From Dehalococcoidales bacterium (GTDB taxonomy: Bacteria; Chloroflexota; Dehalococcoidia; Dehalococcoidales; RBG-16-60-22), in contig JBEKAC010000004.1 of NCBI GenBank assembly GCA_050018395.1, positions 4,856 through 68,855 on the forward strand: 64,000 nt of DNA, written 5' to 3'. Positions 1-8,588 of this stretch are shown in pieces. The stretch's first letter is position 1. The number at the start of each line of letters is the position of its first letter. Under the pieces are notes generated by a model, which did not search any database, was not told the DNA's origin, and was given only the letters and a program-made list of their open reading frames with translations. Position numbers and translations under genes: made by a program.

Positions 1-351
1 CTTGAGCCGGTCGTCGTCGATGCCGAAGTGATGCGCTATTTCATGGCGGACGACACGCTGGATTTCTGTGATGATTTCCCCGTCATTGCGGCACATCGCC
101 TCGATGGGGCGCTGGAAAATCGAAATTTTGTCCGGCATGGCGAAGGTATAGCCGGCCGTACGTTCCGTCAGCGGCACGCCTTCATAAAGCCCGAGCAGCG
201 TGTTGCCTCTTTTAACGTCCGACTTGCGCAGTTGGGTGCGCGTCGCCTCGTCAGCAACAATAATATCGATGTTTTCCAGCCTTTCCCGGAACTCCTCCGG
301 CAGGCTTTCGATGGCGGCGGCCACCAGCCTCTCAAATTTCTCGGTTTCCAT
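1..351 (-). CDS. Metallopeptidase family protein (HExxH), C-terminal end cut by the window edge
   Basis: Missing from the ORF track because it runs off the window. Minus-strand translation from ATG 351-349 gives METEKFERLVAAAIESLPEEFRERLENIDIIVADE...VVRHEIAHHFGIDDDRLK, which contains a HEIAH zinc motif. The + ORF 28..363 is its antisense shadow. Confidence 0.6.
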   Translation of the reverse strand, partial: METEKFERLVAAAIESLPEEFRERLENIDIIVADEATRTQLRKSDVKRGNTLLGLYEGVPLTERTAGYTFAMPDKISIFQRPIEAMCRNDGEIITEIQRVVRHEIAHHFGIDDDRLK

Positions 352-1150
352 TTCGCTGCCTGATTACTTCCAATTTCGCCAGGTCGAATTTCATGCCGTC
401 CCGGGCGGCGATAACCTTTACCCCCGTTTGCGCGGTAAGCTCTTCGGCAATCTTCCAGGGTCTCGCCTGCCACACGTGCATCCCGTAGTGGCTTAATATC
501 GCCACTTTCGGTTTTATCTCCCCGATGAGCCGCACCACGTCCGGTATCGCCAGGTGCTCGATGGGCGGGTGGGGCTCGGTAAAGACCATGTTGAGGATGA
601 TCATATCCGCCGGGTAATGCGCGGCCAGGCCGGGAAAATAGCGCGTGTCCGCGATGTAGGCGAACTTGCAGGCCGGTGCCTGAAACAGCATGCCGTAGGT
701 CTCCACGGGGTGGACGTGCATTACCGGGGTGGAAAAAGTAAAATTTCCCACGGTGTAAGACTTACCGGCTTCCAGAACGATAACACCATCGACGAATTTT
801 CTAAGATAGGAGAACAGCACCGGCTCCTCGCCCAGGGCGTCCGCCGGGGCGTAAAGAAAACCGCGCTTGCGGAACCCGCCGCTTGTCATCGCTTCCACCA
901 TTATGTTGGTATCGGCGGAATGGTCGAGGTGGCGGTGCGAAAGGATAATGGCGCTCAGCTTTTCCGCGTTCAGCTTTCTTTTAGTTGACTGGACGATGCT
1001 GCCCGGCCCGGGATCAAGCAGGACCTCGGTGCCGTTAATATTCAGCCAGATGCCGCCGGAGGCCGCCAGCTGTTTGCTTACCATGAACCGCGCGCCCGCC
1101 GTCCCCAGGAAGGTAATGGTATCGCGCGCCGTGGATTCAGTGTTTGTCAT
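332..1150 (-). CDS. MBL-fold metallo-hydrolase
   Basis: ORF 332..1228 with an HRHLDHSAD (HxHxDH) motif. Start moved to ATG 1150 (MTNTESTARDTITFLGTAG), which follows AAGGA. Overlaps the downstream metallopeptidase gene by 20 nt. Confidence 0.75.
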   Translation of the reverse strand: MTNTESTARDTITFLGTAGARFMVSKQLAASGGIWLNINGTEVLLDPGPGSIVQSTKRKLNAEKLSAIILSHRHLDHSADTNIMVEAMTSGGFRKRGFLYAPADALGEEPVLFSYLRKFVDGVIVLEAGKSYTVGNFTFSTPVMHVHPVETYGMLFQAPACKFAYIADTRYFPGLAAHYPADMIILNMVFTEPHPPIEHLAIPDVVRLIGEIKPKVAILSHYGMHVWQARPWKIAEELTAQTGVKVIAARDGMKFDLAKLEVIRQRNGNREI

Positions 1151-1326
1151 TTCCGGTTTCCTTGCTAATGATAAAAGAACCAGCCTGTTTTTACAATCGT
1201 GATGGAAAACGGCGGTCCGCTTTGACATTCAAGTTTATTCACGTTTATACTGTTAGGCGAATGGATATAGGACTTTAGACCGATATTCCTGTGTATCGTA
1301 GGATATACGTGGCGCAAGCCGGTTTT

Positions 1327-1335
1327 TGGTATAAT
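1327..1335 (+). promoter_or_regulatory. Extended -10 promoter element TGgTATAAT
   Basis: Exact TGnTATAAT lies 15 nt upstream of ATG 1350, with no Shine-Dalgarno between. This implies a very short leader or a leaderless mRNA. Confidence 0.4.
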
Positions 1336-1349
1336 TATAAGTAGAGCCA

Positions 1350-1871
1350 ATGGACAAAATTACGAAAAGCCACCGCGGTGGACATCCTCAAGCTCTGATG
1401 ATTGATAGCCCGGATGCTATTCTGGCTATCAACGCCGAAGGAATCATTAAATTCGCCAACAAAGAAGCCTGTGCGCTGACCGAGCGCAATCTGAACGAAC
1501 TTATCGGGCAGAGCATTGTTGACGTTTATGAAAATATCGAAGCGGCGCGTGAGGCGAACCGCAAAATCTACCAGGCTGGCGGCACTATTCACAATATGGA
1601 AAGCAGGACCAAAACAAAGTCCGGCAAGATTATCAGTGTTCGCGTGTCCGCCTCGCACCTGTATGACAGTAACGGGGAATACATCGGCGGGGTGGGGTAT
1701 TTCGCCAGGTACCAGCCGGGGATCATAGAGGAAGTCCAGTTCAGAGCCCGTGTCGAGCAGTTGGAGACCAGGCTGGAAAACTGGAAGACCATGGCGATCG
1801 GTTTCGGTAAAATTAGCAAGGAGGCAATCAGTTCATGGATAAAGTCATACCCAGCCTTGAAGAAGCGATAG
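1350..1871 (+). CDS. PAS domain protein (stand-alone sensor)
   Basis: 173-aa ORF with a PAS-like pattern: SPDAILAINAEGIIKFANKEACALTERNLNELIGQSI...GKIISVRVSASHLYDSNGEYIGGVGY. Confidence 0.6.
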   Translation: MDKITKSHRGGHPQALMIDSPDAILAINAEGIIKFANKEACALTERNLNELIGQSIVDVYENIEAAREANRKIYQAGGTIHNMESRTKTKSGKIISVRVSASHLYDSNGEYIGGVGYFARYQPGIIEEVQFRARVEQLETRLENWKTMAIGFGKISKEAISSWIKSYPALKKR

Positions 1872-2572
1872 CCGATATTAAAGACGGCGCCATGATCGCC
1901 ATCCCGGGCTTTTTCGCCTGCGGAGTTCCCCGGGCTTTGCTTCAGGCTCTTATCAGGAAGGGCACGAAACATTTGACCTTGGCCTGCGGCTGCGGCCCGA
2001 TGCTGGGTGCCGCACAGGAGCTAAAAGCGCTGACGTTAGCCGGGCAGCTTAAAAAGGTGATCGATTCTTACGGCCTTTTCCGCTCCGCCAGCAAAGGCAT
2101 GGCGGACCCCTTCGAGCAGGCGGTACGTGCCGGTAAGATCGAGCTGGAAGTTTACCCCATGGGCACGATGGCGGAAAAATACCGCGCCGCGGGTGCCGGC
2201 CTCCCGGCCTTCTACACGCCTACCGGCGTCGGTTCGGTCATGGAAAACATCGTTAATGAAATTGAATCCAAGAGGGTGCCCAAGGAAACCAAGATCATCA
2301 ACGGGAAGAAATATATTCTGGAATATGCCCTCCAGCCGGATTTCGCTTTCATCCACGCCAAGATCGGCGACCGCGAAGGCAACCTGCGTTATGCCAAGAC
2401 CGCCCGCAACTTCAACCATGTCATGGCTACCGCCGCCAAGATAACTATCGCGGAAGTGGAAAGTCTGGTCGAGCCCGGTGAAATGGACGGCGATGATGTA
2501 CATACCCCCGGGGTGTATGTCAAACGGGTGGTCAAGGTACCGCGCCCTAAGTTCGCCATAACTATAGACTAG
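1835..2572 (+). CDS. CoA transferase subunit A (family I, 3-oxoacid/acetate CoA-transferase type)
   Basis: 245 aa. The N-terminus MDKVIPSLEEAIADIKDGAMIAIPGFF is typical of A subunits, and the B subunit follows directly. Confidence 0.85.
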   Translation: MDKVIPSLEEAIADIKDGAMIAIPGFFACGVPRALLQALIRKGTKHLTLACGCGPMLGAAQELKALTLAGQLKKVIDSYGLFRSASKGMADPFEQAVRAGKIELEVYPMGTMAEKYRAAGAGLPAFYTPTGVGSVMENIVNEIESKRVPKETKIINGKKYILEYALQPDFAFIHAKIGDREGNLRYAKTARNFNHVMATAAKITIAEVESLVEPGEMDGDDVHTPGVYVKRVVKVPRPKFAITID

Positions 2573-2591
2573 TAAAGGGAGTAGATAAGAA

Positions 2592-3272
2592 ATGTCTCCA
2601 AAAGTTAAATTCGAGGGATTGCCCCGCGAAATGATTGCCCTGAGAGTGAGCCGGGAAATACAGGACGGCATGTACGTCAACCTGGGTATCGGCATACCCA
2701 CCCTGGTCAGCAACTGGATTGAAGGCAAAGACGTCTATCTCCAGGCCGAAATCGGCATGCTCAAGACGGGCGCGCTGGCGGAAGGTACTGAAGTTGACCA
2801 GGACCTGATCAATGCCAGTTGCCAGGCGGTCACGGCGCTGGCCGGCTCATCGTATTTTGATATCGCCGAATCTTTTGCGATGATACGCGGCGGCCACATC
2901 GATATCGCCGTAATGGGCGCTCTCCAGATCAATGCCCGCGGCGATTATGCCGGCTGGTCCAACCCCGCGCGCGGCTTATTTGTCGGCAACGTGGGCGGCT
3001 CGATGGACCTCTGCGCCGGCGCCAAGAAGCTTTTCATCGCCATGGAACACATTACCAAGGACGGCGAATATAAAATCGTTAACGAACTTTCCTACCCCGC
3101 CACCGCCATGGGAAGGGTGAGCATGCTCTTTACCGATCTCGCGGTCATCGAAATTACACCGAAGGGCATGGTGCTCAAAGAGGTGGTGGCCGGACTTACC
3201 CCTAAAGACGTCCAGTCCGTGACCGAGCCAAAGCTCATCATCAGCCCGGACCTGACGGAGATGCAGCTCTAA
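2592..3272 (+). CDS. CoA transferase subunit B
   Basis: 226 aa with YVNLGIGIPTLV and LQAEIGML (catalytic Glu region). Paired with subunit A; RBS GGGAG lies upstream. Confidence 0.85.
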   Translation: MSPKVKFEGLPREMIALRVSREIQDGMYVNLGIGIPTLVSNWIEGKDVYLQAEIGMLKTGALAEGTEVDQDLINASCQAVTALAGSSYFDIAESFAMIRGGHIDIAVMGALQINARGDYAGWSNPARGLFVGNVGGSMDLCAGAKKLFIAMEHITKDGEYKIVNELSYPATAMGRVSMLFTDLAVIEITPKGMVLKEVVAGLTPKDVQSVTEPKLIISPDLTEMQL

Positions 3273-3300
3273 GCTTTAAGACACGCCAACAGTCAAAAAA

Positions 3301-3326
3301 GGGAAGCCAAAAAAGCTTCCCTTTTT
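3301..3326. terminator. Bidirectional intrinsic terminator
   Basis: Hairpin gggaagc/gcttccc, flanked by an A-run upstream and a T-run downstream. It sits between two convergent genes. Confidence 0.5.
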
Positions 3327-3334
3327 GTTTAGAA

Positions 3335-4030
3335 TCACCTTTCCAGGGTTTTCACTGTCTCATAATTGGCGCACCACTGTAAATCCATAGATTTTTGTCC
3401 TTTTTCCTCCCAATCATTGCCGCCGGACGTAAAAACGGGGTCCTTGTAGAAATCCTCCATGGCTTTTTTACTGGTGAACTCATAGACGGTCAGGTACGGT
3501 GGGCATTTGGGTTCGGCTTTGAACGTTGACGGAAGCATCCGGCTATAACTGATTCTTTGAATACCTTTATATTCGAACATCTTAGTAAAATGGTCGATGT
3601 AGTAATCAAGGTAGGCTTTTTCCTTGCCGGGTTTGGGGCCGGAACCCACGATCTCGGTGTATATCTTAGAATTTTTCGCGCCCGGGATTTTCCTTTCCAG
3701 GGTTTTCACAGGTTCAAAATTACCCGCCCAGGTTACCTCGCCCAGTCCTGACCAGTTCGTTTCGTAATCTACCTTGGCCTGCTGCATCTGGGGGCTTTTA
3801 AATAGACCATCAAACAATTCCTTGCTTTCACATTCGTAAATCGTCATATACGGGGGGCTGGCCGGCCCGGCAGGTCCCAGGGCCTTGAAGAAATGATGCC
3901 GATTCACTCTTTTCATGCCTTGATAATTAAAAATCATCGCGACGTGGTTGTTGTGCCACTTGTTGTAGGCATCTTCTTTGCCCGGGGCAGGTTGAACGGC
4001 GTTGACCATCAGGTACCGGTTTGAAGTCAT
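3335..4030 (-). CDS. Tandem-duplicated dimeric alpha/beta-barrel (EthD/ABM-like) protein
   Basis: 231 aa made of two homologous halves, each ending in ...VKTLER. An 18-nt exact DNA repeat occurs at 3338-3355 and 3692-3709. Confidence 0.45.
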   Translation of the reverse strand: MTSNRYLMVNAVQPAPGKEDAYNKWHNNHVAMIFNYQGMKRVNRHHFFKALGPAGPASPPYMTIYECESKELFDGLFKSPQMQQAKVDYETNWSGLGEVTWAGNFEPVKTLERKIPGAKNSKIYTEIVGSGPKPGKEKAYLDYYIDHFTKMFEYKGIQRISYSRMLPSTFKAEPKCPPYLTVYEFTSKKAMEDFYKDPVFTSGGNDWEEKGQKSMDLQWCANYETVKTLER

Positions 4031-4165
4031 ATGATAATTCCTCCTTTTAGTGAGTTTTACACCTATGAATCGGGCTTTGTCAAGGTGACACGATTGATTA
4101 CACGCTATCCATCCGCTATGATTATTGAAATGCCCTTAGAAAAATCAGGCAAGAGAGGAAATGGA

Positions 4166-4612
4166 ATGGAAGCGGTGTTAATCGCACCCTGCGGCATGAA
4201 CTGCGCCCTATGCAGCGGCTATCTCTCTATGAAATACGACTTAAGAAAAACAGGCATCATGCGTACATATTGCGCCGGCTGCCGCCCGCGGGGTAAAAAC
4301 TGCGCTTTCATGAAAAAGAACTGCGCCTTGATAGGGGAGGGGAAAATTCAATACTGCTTCATGTGTGCCGATTTTCCTTGCCTCCGCCTGAAACACCTGG
4401 ATAAGCGTTACCGCGAGCGTTACCACATGAGTATGATTGAAAACCTCGTGTTTATAAAAGAACAAGGTATGAACAAATTTCTCAAGCAGCAGGCAAAAAA
4501 GTGGCGCTGCCCGGAATGCGGCGGGGTAATTTGCTGCCACAACGGCATCTGCTACTCCTGCGGGCTGGAAAAACTGAAGCAGAAGCACCTGAAATACAGC
4601 TGGGAGGATTAA
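4166..4612 (+). CDS. Cys-rich DUF3795-like protein
   Basis: ORF 4031..4612. Start moved to ATG 4166 (MEAVLIAPCGMNCALCSGY), which follows AGAGAGGAA. Multiple CxxC pairs. Confidence 0.55.
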   Translation: MEAVLIAPCGMNCALCSGYLSMKYDLRKTGIMRTYCAGCRPRGKNCAFMKKNCALIGEGKIQYCFMCADFPCLRLKHLDKRYRERYHMSMIENLVFIKEQGMNKFLKQQAKKWRCPECGGVICCHNGICYSCGLEKLKQKHLKYSWED

Positions 4613-4614
4613 TC

Positions 4615-4968
4615 ATGAAAGAATTTCCGGAATTTACAAAAAATCCTGTGAACAGGGTAGCGGCGACTTCCAAGTTTTCTAAAAATATTGAGGGGTATAT
4701 CTTTGATGGTGCTGATGGTAGTCAGGTGATTTTCTGGACGTATCTTGGAGCCGGGCAAGTAGCTACACATACCCATGAGTATGATGAATATCTGGTTGTA
4801 GTGGAAGGGCAGTACACGCTAATAATTGGTGACAAGAGATCCCCATTAAAAGCGGGTCAAGATTATCTGATCAAAAGGGGTATCCCCCATGGTGGTGAAG
4901 CGATAATTGGAACGAGAACCATAGATGTCTTTGGCGGTAAAAGGGCCAAGCGCGCGGGCGAGGTATAG
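4615..4968 (+). CDS. Cupin domain protein
   Basis: Start ATG 4615 follows GGGAGGA. Cupin motifs HTHEYDEYLVVVEG and IPHGG. Only 2 nt separate it from the upstream gene. Confidence 0.65.
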   Translation: MKEFPEFTKNPVNRVAATSKFSKNIEGYIFDGADGSQVIFWTYLGAGQVATHTHEYDEYLVVVEGQYTLIIGDKRSPLKAGQDYLIKRGIPHGGEAIIGTRTIDVFGGKRAKRAGEV

Positions 4969-4997
4969 GCTACACCATGTAAGAGAGACGCATTTTC

Positions 4998-5006
4998 TGT
5001 TATAAT
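4998..5006 (+). promoter_or_regulatory. Extended -10 promoter TGtTATAAT upstream of asd
   Basis: Exact TGnTATAAT, 32 nt before ATG 5038. Confidence 0.4.
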
Positions 5007-5037
5007 TTAGCTGTTACTTTATCAGGAAAGGGTAAAA

Positions 5038-6126
5038 ATGGACAAGAGAATCAAGGTGGGGGTTATCGGGGCCACGGGGATGGTGGGCCAGAATTATTTA
5101 AAGCTGCTGGCAAATCATCCGTGGTTTGAGGTCGTGTACCTGGCGGCATCGCCGCAGTCCGCCGGAAAAAAATACGCCGAGGCGGTAGCCGGGCGCTGGC
5201 ACATGAACACAGACCTGCCGGAAAAATACCGTGATATCGTCGTCGAGGACGCGAGCAACGTCGCCAAAGCCGCCGGCAAATGCAGCGTTGTCTTTTCGGC
5301 GGTGGAGATGGATAAAAAAGCCATCCTGGCGCTGGAAGAAGAATATGCCGCCAAAGGCTTCGCCGTGGTCTCCAATAACTCCGCGCATCGCAGTACGGAA
5401 GATGTGCCGTTGATGATACCGGAAATCAACTACAGCCATTTTGATGTTATTCCCCAGCAGCGGCAGAAGCGCGGCTGGAAGCAGGGATTGCTGGTGGTCA
5501 AGCCGAATTGCAGCATCCAGAGCTATATGCTGCCCATTTACGCTTTAATCAAAGCCGGCTATCCCATTGATAAGATGATCGTCAGCACCTTGCAGGCTGT
5601 CTCCGGCGCCGGCTATCCCGGCCCGGCTTCAATCGACATGATCGATAATGTCCTGCCTTCTTTAGCCAGCGAGGAAGATAAGTCTGAGGTGGAACCGTCG
5701 AAAATCCTGGGCAGGGTCGAAGGCGGCAAGATTGTTTCCGATAAAAGCATCAAGATTTCGGCACATTGCAACCGCGTGCCGGTTTCGGACGGGCATATAG
5801 CCTGCGTCAGCCTCCAGTTTGCTGGTAAAAAGCCGTCTCTGGACGAAATTATCGGCGTCTGGCGTAATTTTACCTCACAGCCGCAGGAGCTTAAACTGCC
5901 CACCGCCCCGGTTCCCCCCATTATTTACCGGGACGAGCCGGACCGCCCCCAGCCCCGCACGGACCGGGACGCCGGCAACGGCATGGCGGTCACGGTGGGC
6001 AGGCTGCGCCCGTGCCATGTCTTCGATATCCGCTTCGTCGGTCTGCACCATAACACCAACCGCGGCGCGGCCGGCGGCGCGATTCTTACCGCTGAACTGC
6101 TGGTGGCCAAAGGCTACATAAAATAG
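5038..6126 (+). CDS. asd: Aspartate-semialdehyde dehydrogenase
   Basis: 362 aa with KVGVIGATGMVGQ (NAD(P) binding) and the KPNCSIQ active-site Cys region. Confidence 0.9.
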   Translation: MDKRIKVGVIGATGMVGQNYLKLLANHPWFEVVYLAASPQSAGKKYAEAVAGRWHMNTDLPEKYRDIVVEDASNVAKAAGKCSVVFSAVEMDKKAILALEEEYAAKGFAVVSNNSAHRSTEDVPLMIPEINYSHFDVIPQQRQKRGWKQGLLVVKPNCSIQSYMLPIYALIKAGYPIDKMIVSTLQAVSGAGYPGPASIDMIDNVLPSLASEEDKSEVEPSKILGRVEGGKIVSDKSIKISAHCNRVPVSDGHIACVSLQFAGKKPSLDEIIGVWRNFTSQPQELKLPTAPVPPIIYRDEPDRPQPRTDRDAGNGMAVTVGRLRPCHVFDIRFVGLHHNTNRGAAGGAILTAELLVAKGYIK

Positions 6127-6149
6127 GGGCGGGGAAAAGGGGAAAAACG

Positions 6150-6179
6150 AAGGGGCTTCTTTTGAGAAGCCCCTTTTTT
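6150..6179 (+). terminator. Intrinsic terminator after asd
   Basis: Hairpin aaggggcttct/agaagcccctt followed by a T-run. Confidence 0.6.
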
Positions 6180-6184
6180 ATTAT

Positions 6185-6838
6185 TTAGTCAATAAAGACT
6201 TTACTTATTTCGTCTTCTTGTTCTGTGGGATCATATACGTGTGGTAATTCTTGAACTTTTTTAGACCCAGTGCGCAATGGTTTATCGCAAGTAATTATGT
6301 GAACGTGATTTTTAGGTAGGTCAAAAAAATCCATAAGATATTTAGCAGTTGCGAGAATGATTAAGTCAATAACTGAAACATTATGACGGTTTTTTATAAA
6401 AATTTCGAAAAATCTATCAACTGCAATTATTAAATCTCTAGAAGTAGATATATCATGATATTTTATTTTACGATTAAAGTTCTGTAGATCTCCTGCTGGA
6501 ATTGTTATGTCTTTAATTAGTTTTTTCCTTCTGTAATTGTATGAAGCTGCATTTATAAATCCTGTCCCAGAGTAGTATTTTTTTGCTAGTGTCTTAAACG
6601 CTTCAGCTATGCATAAATCAGGAATATAGATACGAGCGTCATCATTTTTCAGCTGTTTATCAATTTCTTTCCACCAATCTTGGCATTTTTCTATTTGCTT
6701 TTTATCTTTTATTGATGGGGCTATTTTGGGATCAAGGTACTTGTTTGATAAAAAATTCGCATCTATAACGTAATAATTGCGCCCTTCTTTTAGTGATCTA
6801 TGTATTTTTCTAATTTTAGCCATTTTAGACCCATACAA
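6185..6838 (-). CDS. PIN-like domain protein (putative nuclease) in an AT-rich insert
   Basis: Strongly AT-rich ORF. Four acidic positions fall in PIN-like contexts: YVIDANFL, CIAEAF, VIDLIILATA, IITCDKPL. The likely start is ATG 6823 (MAKIRK); the track start at 6838 is TTG. Confidence 0.4.
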   Translation of the reverse strand: MYGSKMAKIRKIHRSLKEGRNYYVIDANFLSNKYLDPKIAPSIKDKKQIEKCQDWWKEIDKQLKNDDARIYIPDLCIAEAFKTLAKKYYSGTGFINAASYNYRRKKLIKDITIPAGDLQNFNRKIKYHDISTSRDLIIAVDRFFEIFIKNRHNVSVIDLIILATAKYLMDFFDLPKNHVHIITCDKPLRTGSKKVQELPHVYDPTEQEDEISKVFID

Positions 6839-6916
6839 TGTATTTTACGTTATACTAAACCTTTTTGAATACAATGTAAATAGGCATATTACCAGAAAAA
6901 ATACATAAAATGAAGT

Positions 6917-8428
6917 CTACTTTGGCGGGAAAGGTCCCGCGCCTTTGGCCGTGATGTGCCAGGGGAAATAGGCCCCGCCGCTGTCTGCCGGAGGGTATTT
7001 GGACCAGGGCGGGAATACGTAGCCGGGCCACCGGCTGACCAGCGTTCTTTCCGTCAACCAGGCCGGCAGGATTTTCAAGTTCCAGCCCCACTGGGCGTAA
7101 AGCAGGGCCCCGAAAACCAGGACGACGGACGTCAGCGGTATGAGTATTTTGTACGGGAATCTGGCCATGACCAGGGCGCAAACGATAACCACCGGGAAGA
7201 GTCCCGGCAACAGAAAGCGGTCGAAAATGACGAACCCCCCGCCCTTTTGCAGCCCGGCCGTCCACTCGTACGTCAGGTAAAGGACGAAAACGAAAACCCA
7301 CCAGCCGATCAGTATCAATAAAGTGCCCCAGGATAGCTCGGTGCGCAGGCTGCTCCATTTTTCTTTTGATTTGTCCCACTTGAAAAAGGCGACGAATTTC
7401 TGCCACAGCACGGCGATAAAACAGGGTATGCCGATGAGCAAAAGCGGGAAGCCGATGAACAGATTCCGCGAGTAGCCATCGAAGTCGTAGCGGATGATTT
7501 GCGCCGGTATGGATTTCCCGAAGTCATCGACCTTGCCCAGGTACTGGAAAGCGAACTTAATGGGGAAGGGCGTTAGGCTGTAGCCGTAGGTAAACGGCGA
7601 GCCGAAAACATAATAATCGTAAAGCCCCATCGCCAGCGCCGGCAGCGCGATGCCCAGCACCAGCGGGATTATCTCGCGGCCGACCCTGGTTTCCCGCCCC
7701 TTTCGCCAGTCGATCAACCTGGTCACTAGCCAGTGCAGGCCTAATACTGCCGCGATGGGCACGTTGGTATAACGCGTGACGACCGACCACCCGCTGAAAA
7801 AGAAAGCCAGGAAAAGCAGTATCCCCCCCTTCACCGGCCCGAGCCTGGCCCGCTCCAGGTGGTAGTAAAGATAGATGCCTCCCCCTATCGCCATGAAAGC
7901 CAGGGAAGCATAGGTGTCCATGTACACGCGGTTCAGCATTACCAGGCCGATGGGTGTGAAAAGCATCAGCAGCGAGCCGATCATGGCTGCCTTTTCATCC
8001 CGGAGGCGTTTTAACAGTATGTAAGTCACGAGCACAGTCCCCAGCGCCAATAGTACATTGCCATAACGGGGAATGCCCATTTTTTCAAAGGGGACCAGGT
8101 AAAAGACGTAGCCCGGCGCTTTTTCCAGGGCCCATTTATTGAAAGCTATCGGTAGATATTGAATAAGCATGTTGCCGTGCTGCATCGTTTCGCCGGCCTG
8201 CTGATAATAAACGTAGTTGGGTATCGTAAACTGGCCGTGAGAAAAGTTCTTGGCCGCGTAATAATAAGCCCAGTCGTCCGGGTCGGGCATCTGGACCGAT
8301 GGCGTCAGCACCAGCACCATGGCGCCGATGAAGCCGACGCCGACAATGATACGATAGATGTTAATGTGTTGTTTAAAATGAAGTCCGTTGAAAAAAGCTA
8401 TAATTTTCGTCATGGCCGAAACATGCAA
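6917..8428 (-). CDS. GT-C fold membrane glycosyltransferase (ArnT/PMT, GT39/83-like)
   Basis: 503 aa with more than 10 hydrophobic segments. The first-loop acidic motif PDPDDWAYYY is typical of GT-C enzymes. Confidence 0.6.
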   Translation of the reverse strand: MHVSAMTKIIAFFNGLHFKQHINIYRIIVGVGFIGAMVLVLTPSVQMPDPDDWAYYYAAKNFSHGQFTIPNYVYYQQAGETMQHGNMLIQYLPIAFNKWALEKAPGYVFYLVPFEKMGIPRYGNVLLALGTVLVTYILLKRLRDEKAAMIGSLLMLFTPIGLVMLNRVYMDTYASLAFMAIGGGIYLYYHLERARLGPVKGGILLFLAFFFSGWSVVTRYTNVPIAAVLGLHWLVTRLIDWRKGRETRVGREIIPLVLGIALPALAMGLYDYYVFGSPFTYGYSLTPFPIKFAFQYLGKVDDFGKSIPAQIIRYDFDGYSRNLFIGFPLLLIGIPCFIAVLWQKFVAFFKWDKSKEKWSSLRTELSWGTLLILIGWWVFVFVLYLTYEWTAGLQKGGGFVIFDRFLLPGLFPVVIVCALVMARFPYKILIPLTSVVLVFGALLYAQWGWNLKILPAWLTERTLVSRWPGYVFPPWSKYPPADSGGAYFPWHITAKGAGPFPPK

Positions 8429-8497
8429 TTACGTCAGTATAACAGATTTTAATGGTAGAAGACAAAACGCGGAAACCCAATAAATAAAAAAAGGAAA

Positions 8498-8566
8498 TTC
8501 GGCTCCCCGTCAATCCGCCTATGGCGGGCCCGCTTTACCGTTAAGCTATCGGACATGCCGGGGAAT
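8498..8566 (-). pseudogene. Decayed tRNA-Asn-like relic
   Basis: ggctccccg (8501-8509) is 9/9 identical to the tRNA-Asn 3' acceptor. cccgctttaccgttaagctatcgg (8529-8552) is 22/24 identical to its D-arm/5' region. The anticodon and T arms are replaced by a 19-nt segment, so no cloverleaf is possible. Confidence 0.45.
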
Positions 8567-8588
8567 CCCAAATTCTATCTTTTTTCCG

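Noticed and set aside
28-496. ORFs 28..363(+), 168..473(-) and 200..496(+)
   Set aside because: These are shadows of the real minus-strand metallopeptidase (1..351) and MBL hydrolase genes. Their compositions are biased and they have no motifs or RBS.
6855-7406. 183-aa ORF (-) and 121-aa ORF (+) inside the GT-C glycosyltransferase gene
   Set aside because: Arg/Gly/Pro-rich alternative-frame translations of a GC-rich membrane-protein gene. The 503-aa frame has a coherent TM pattern.
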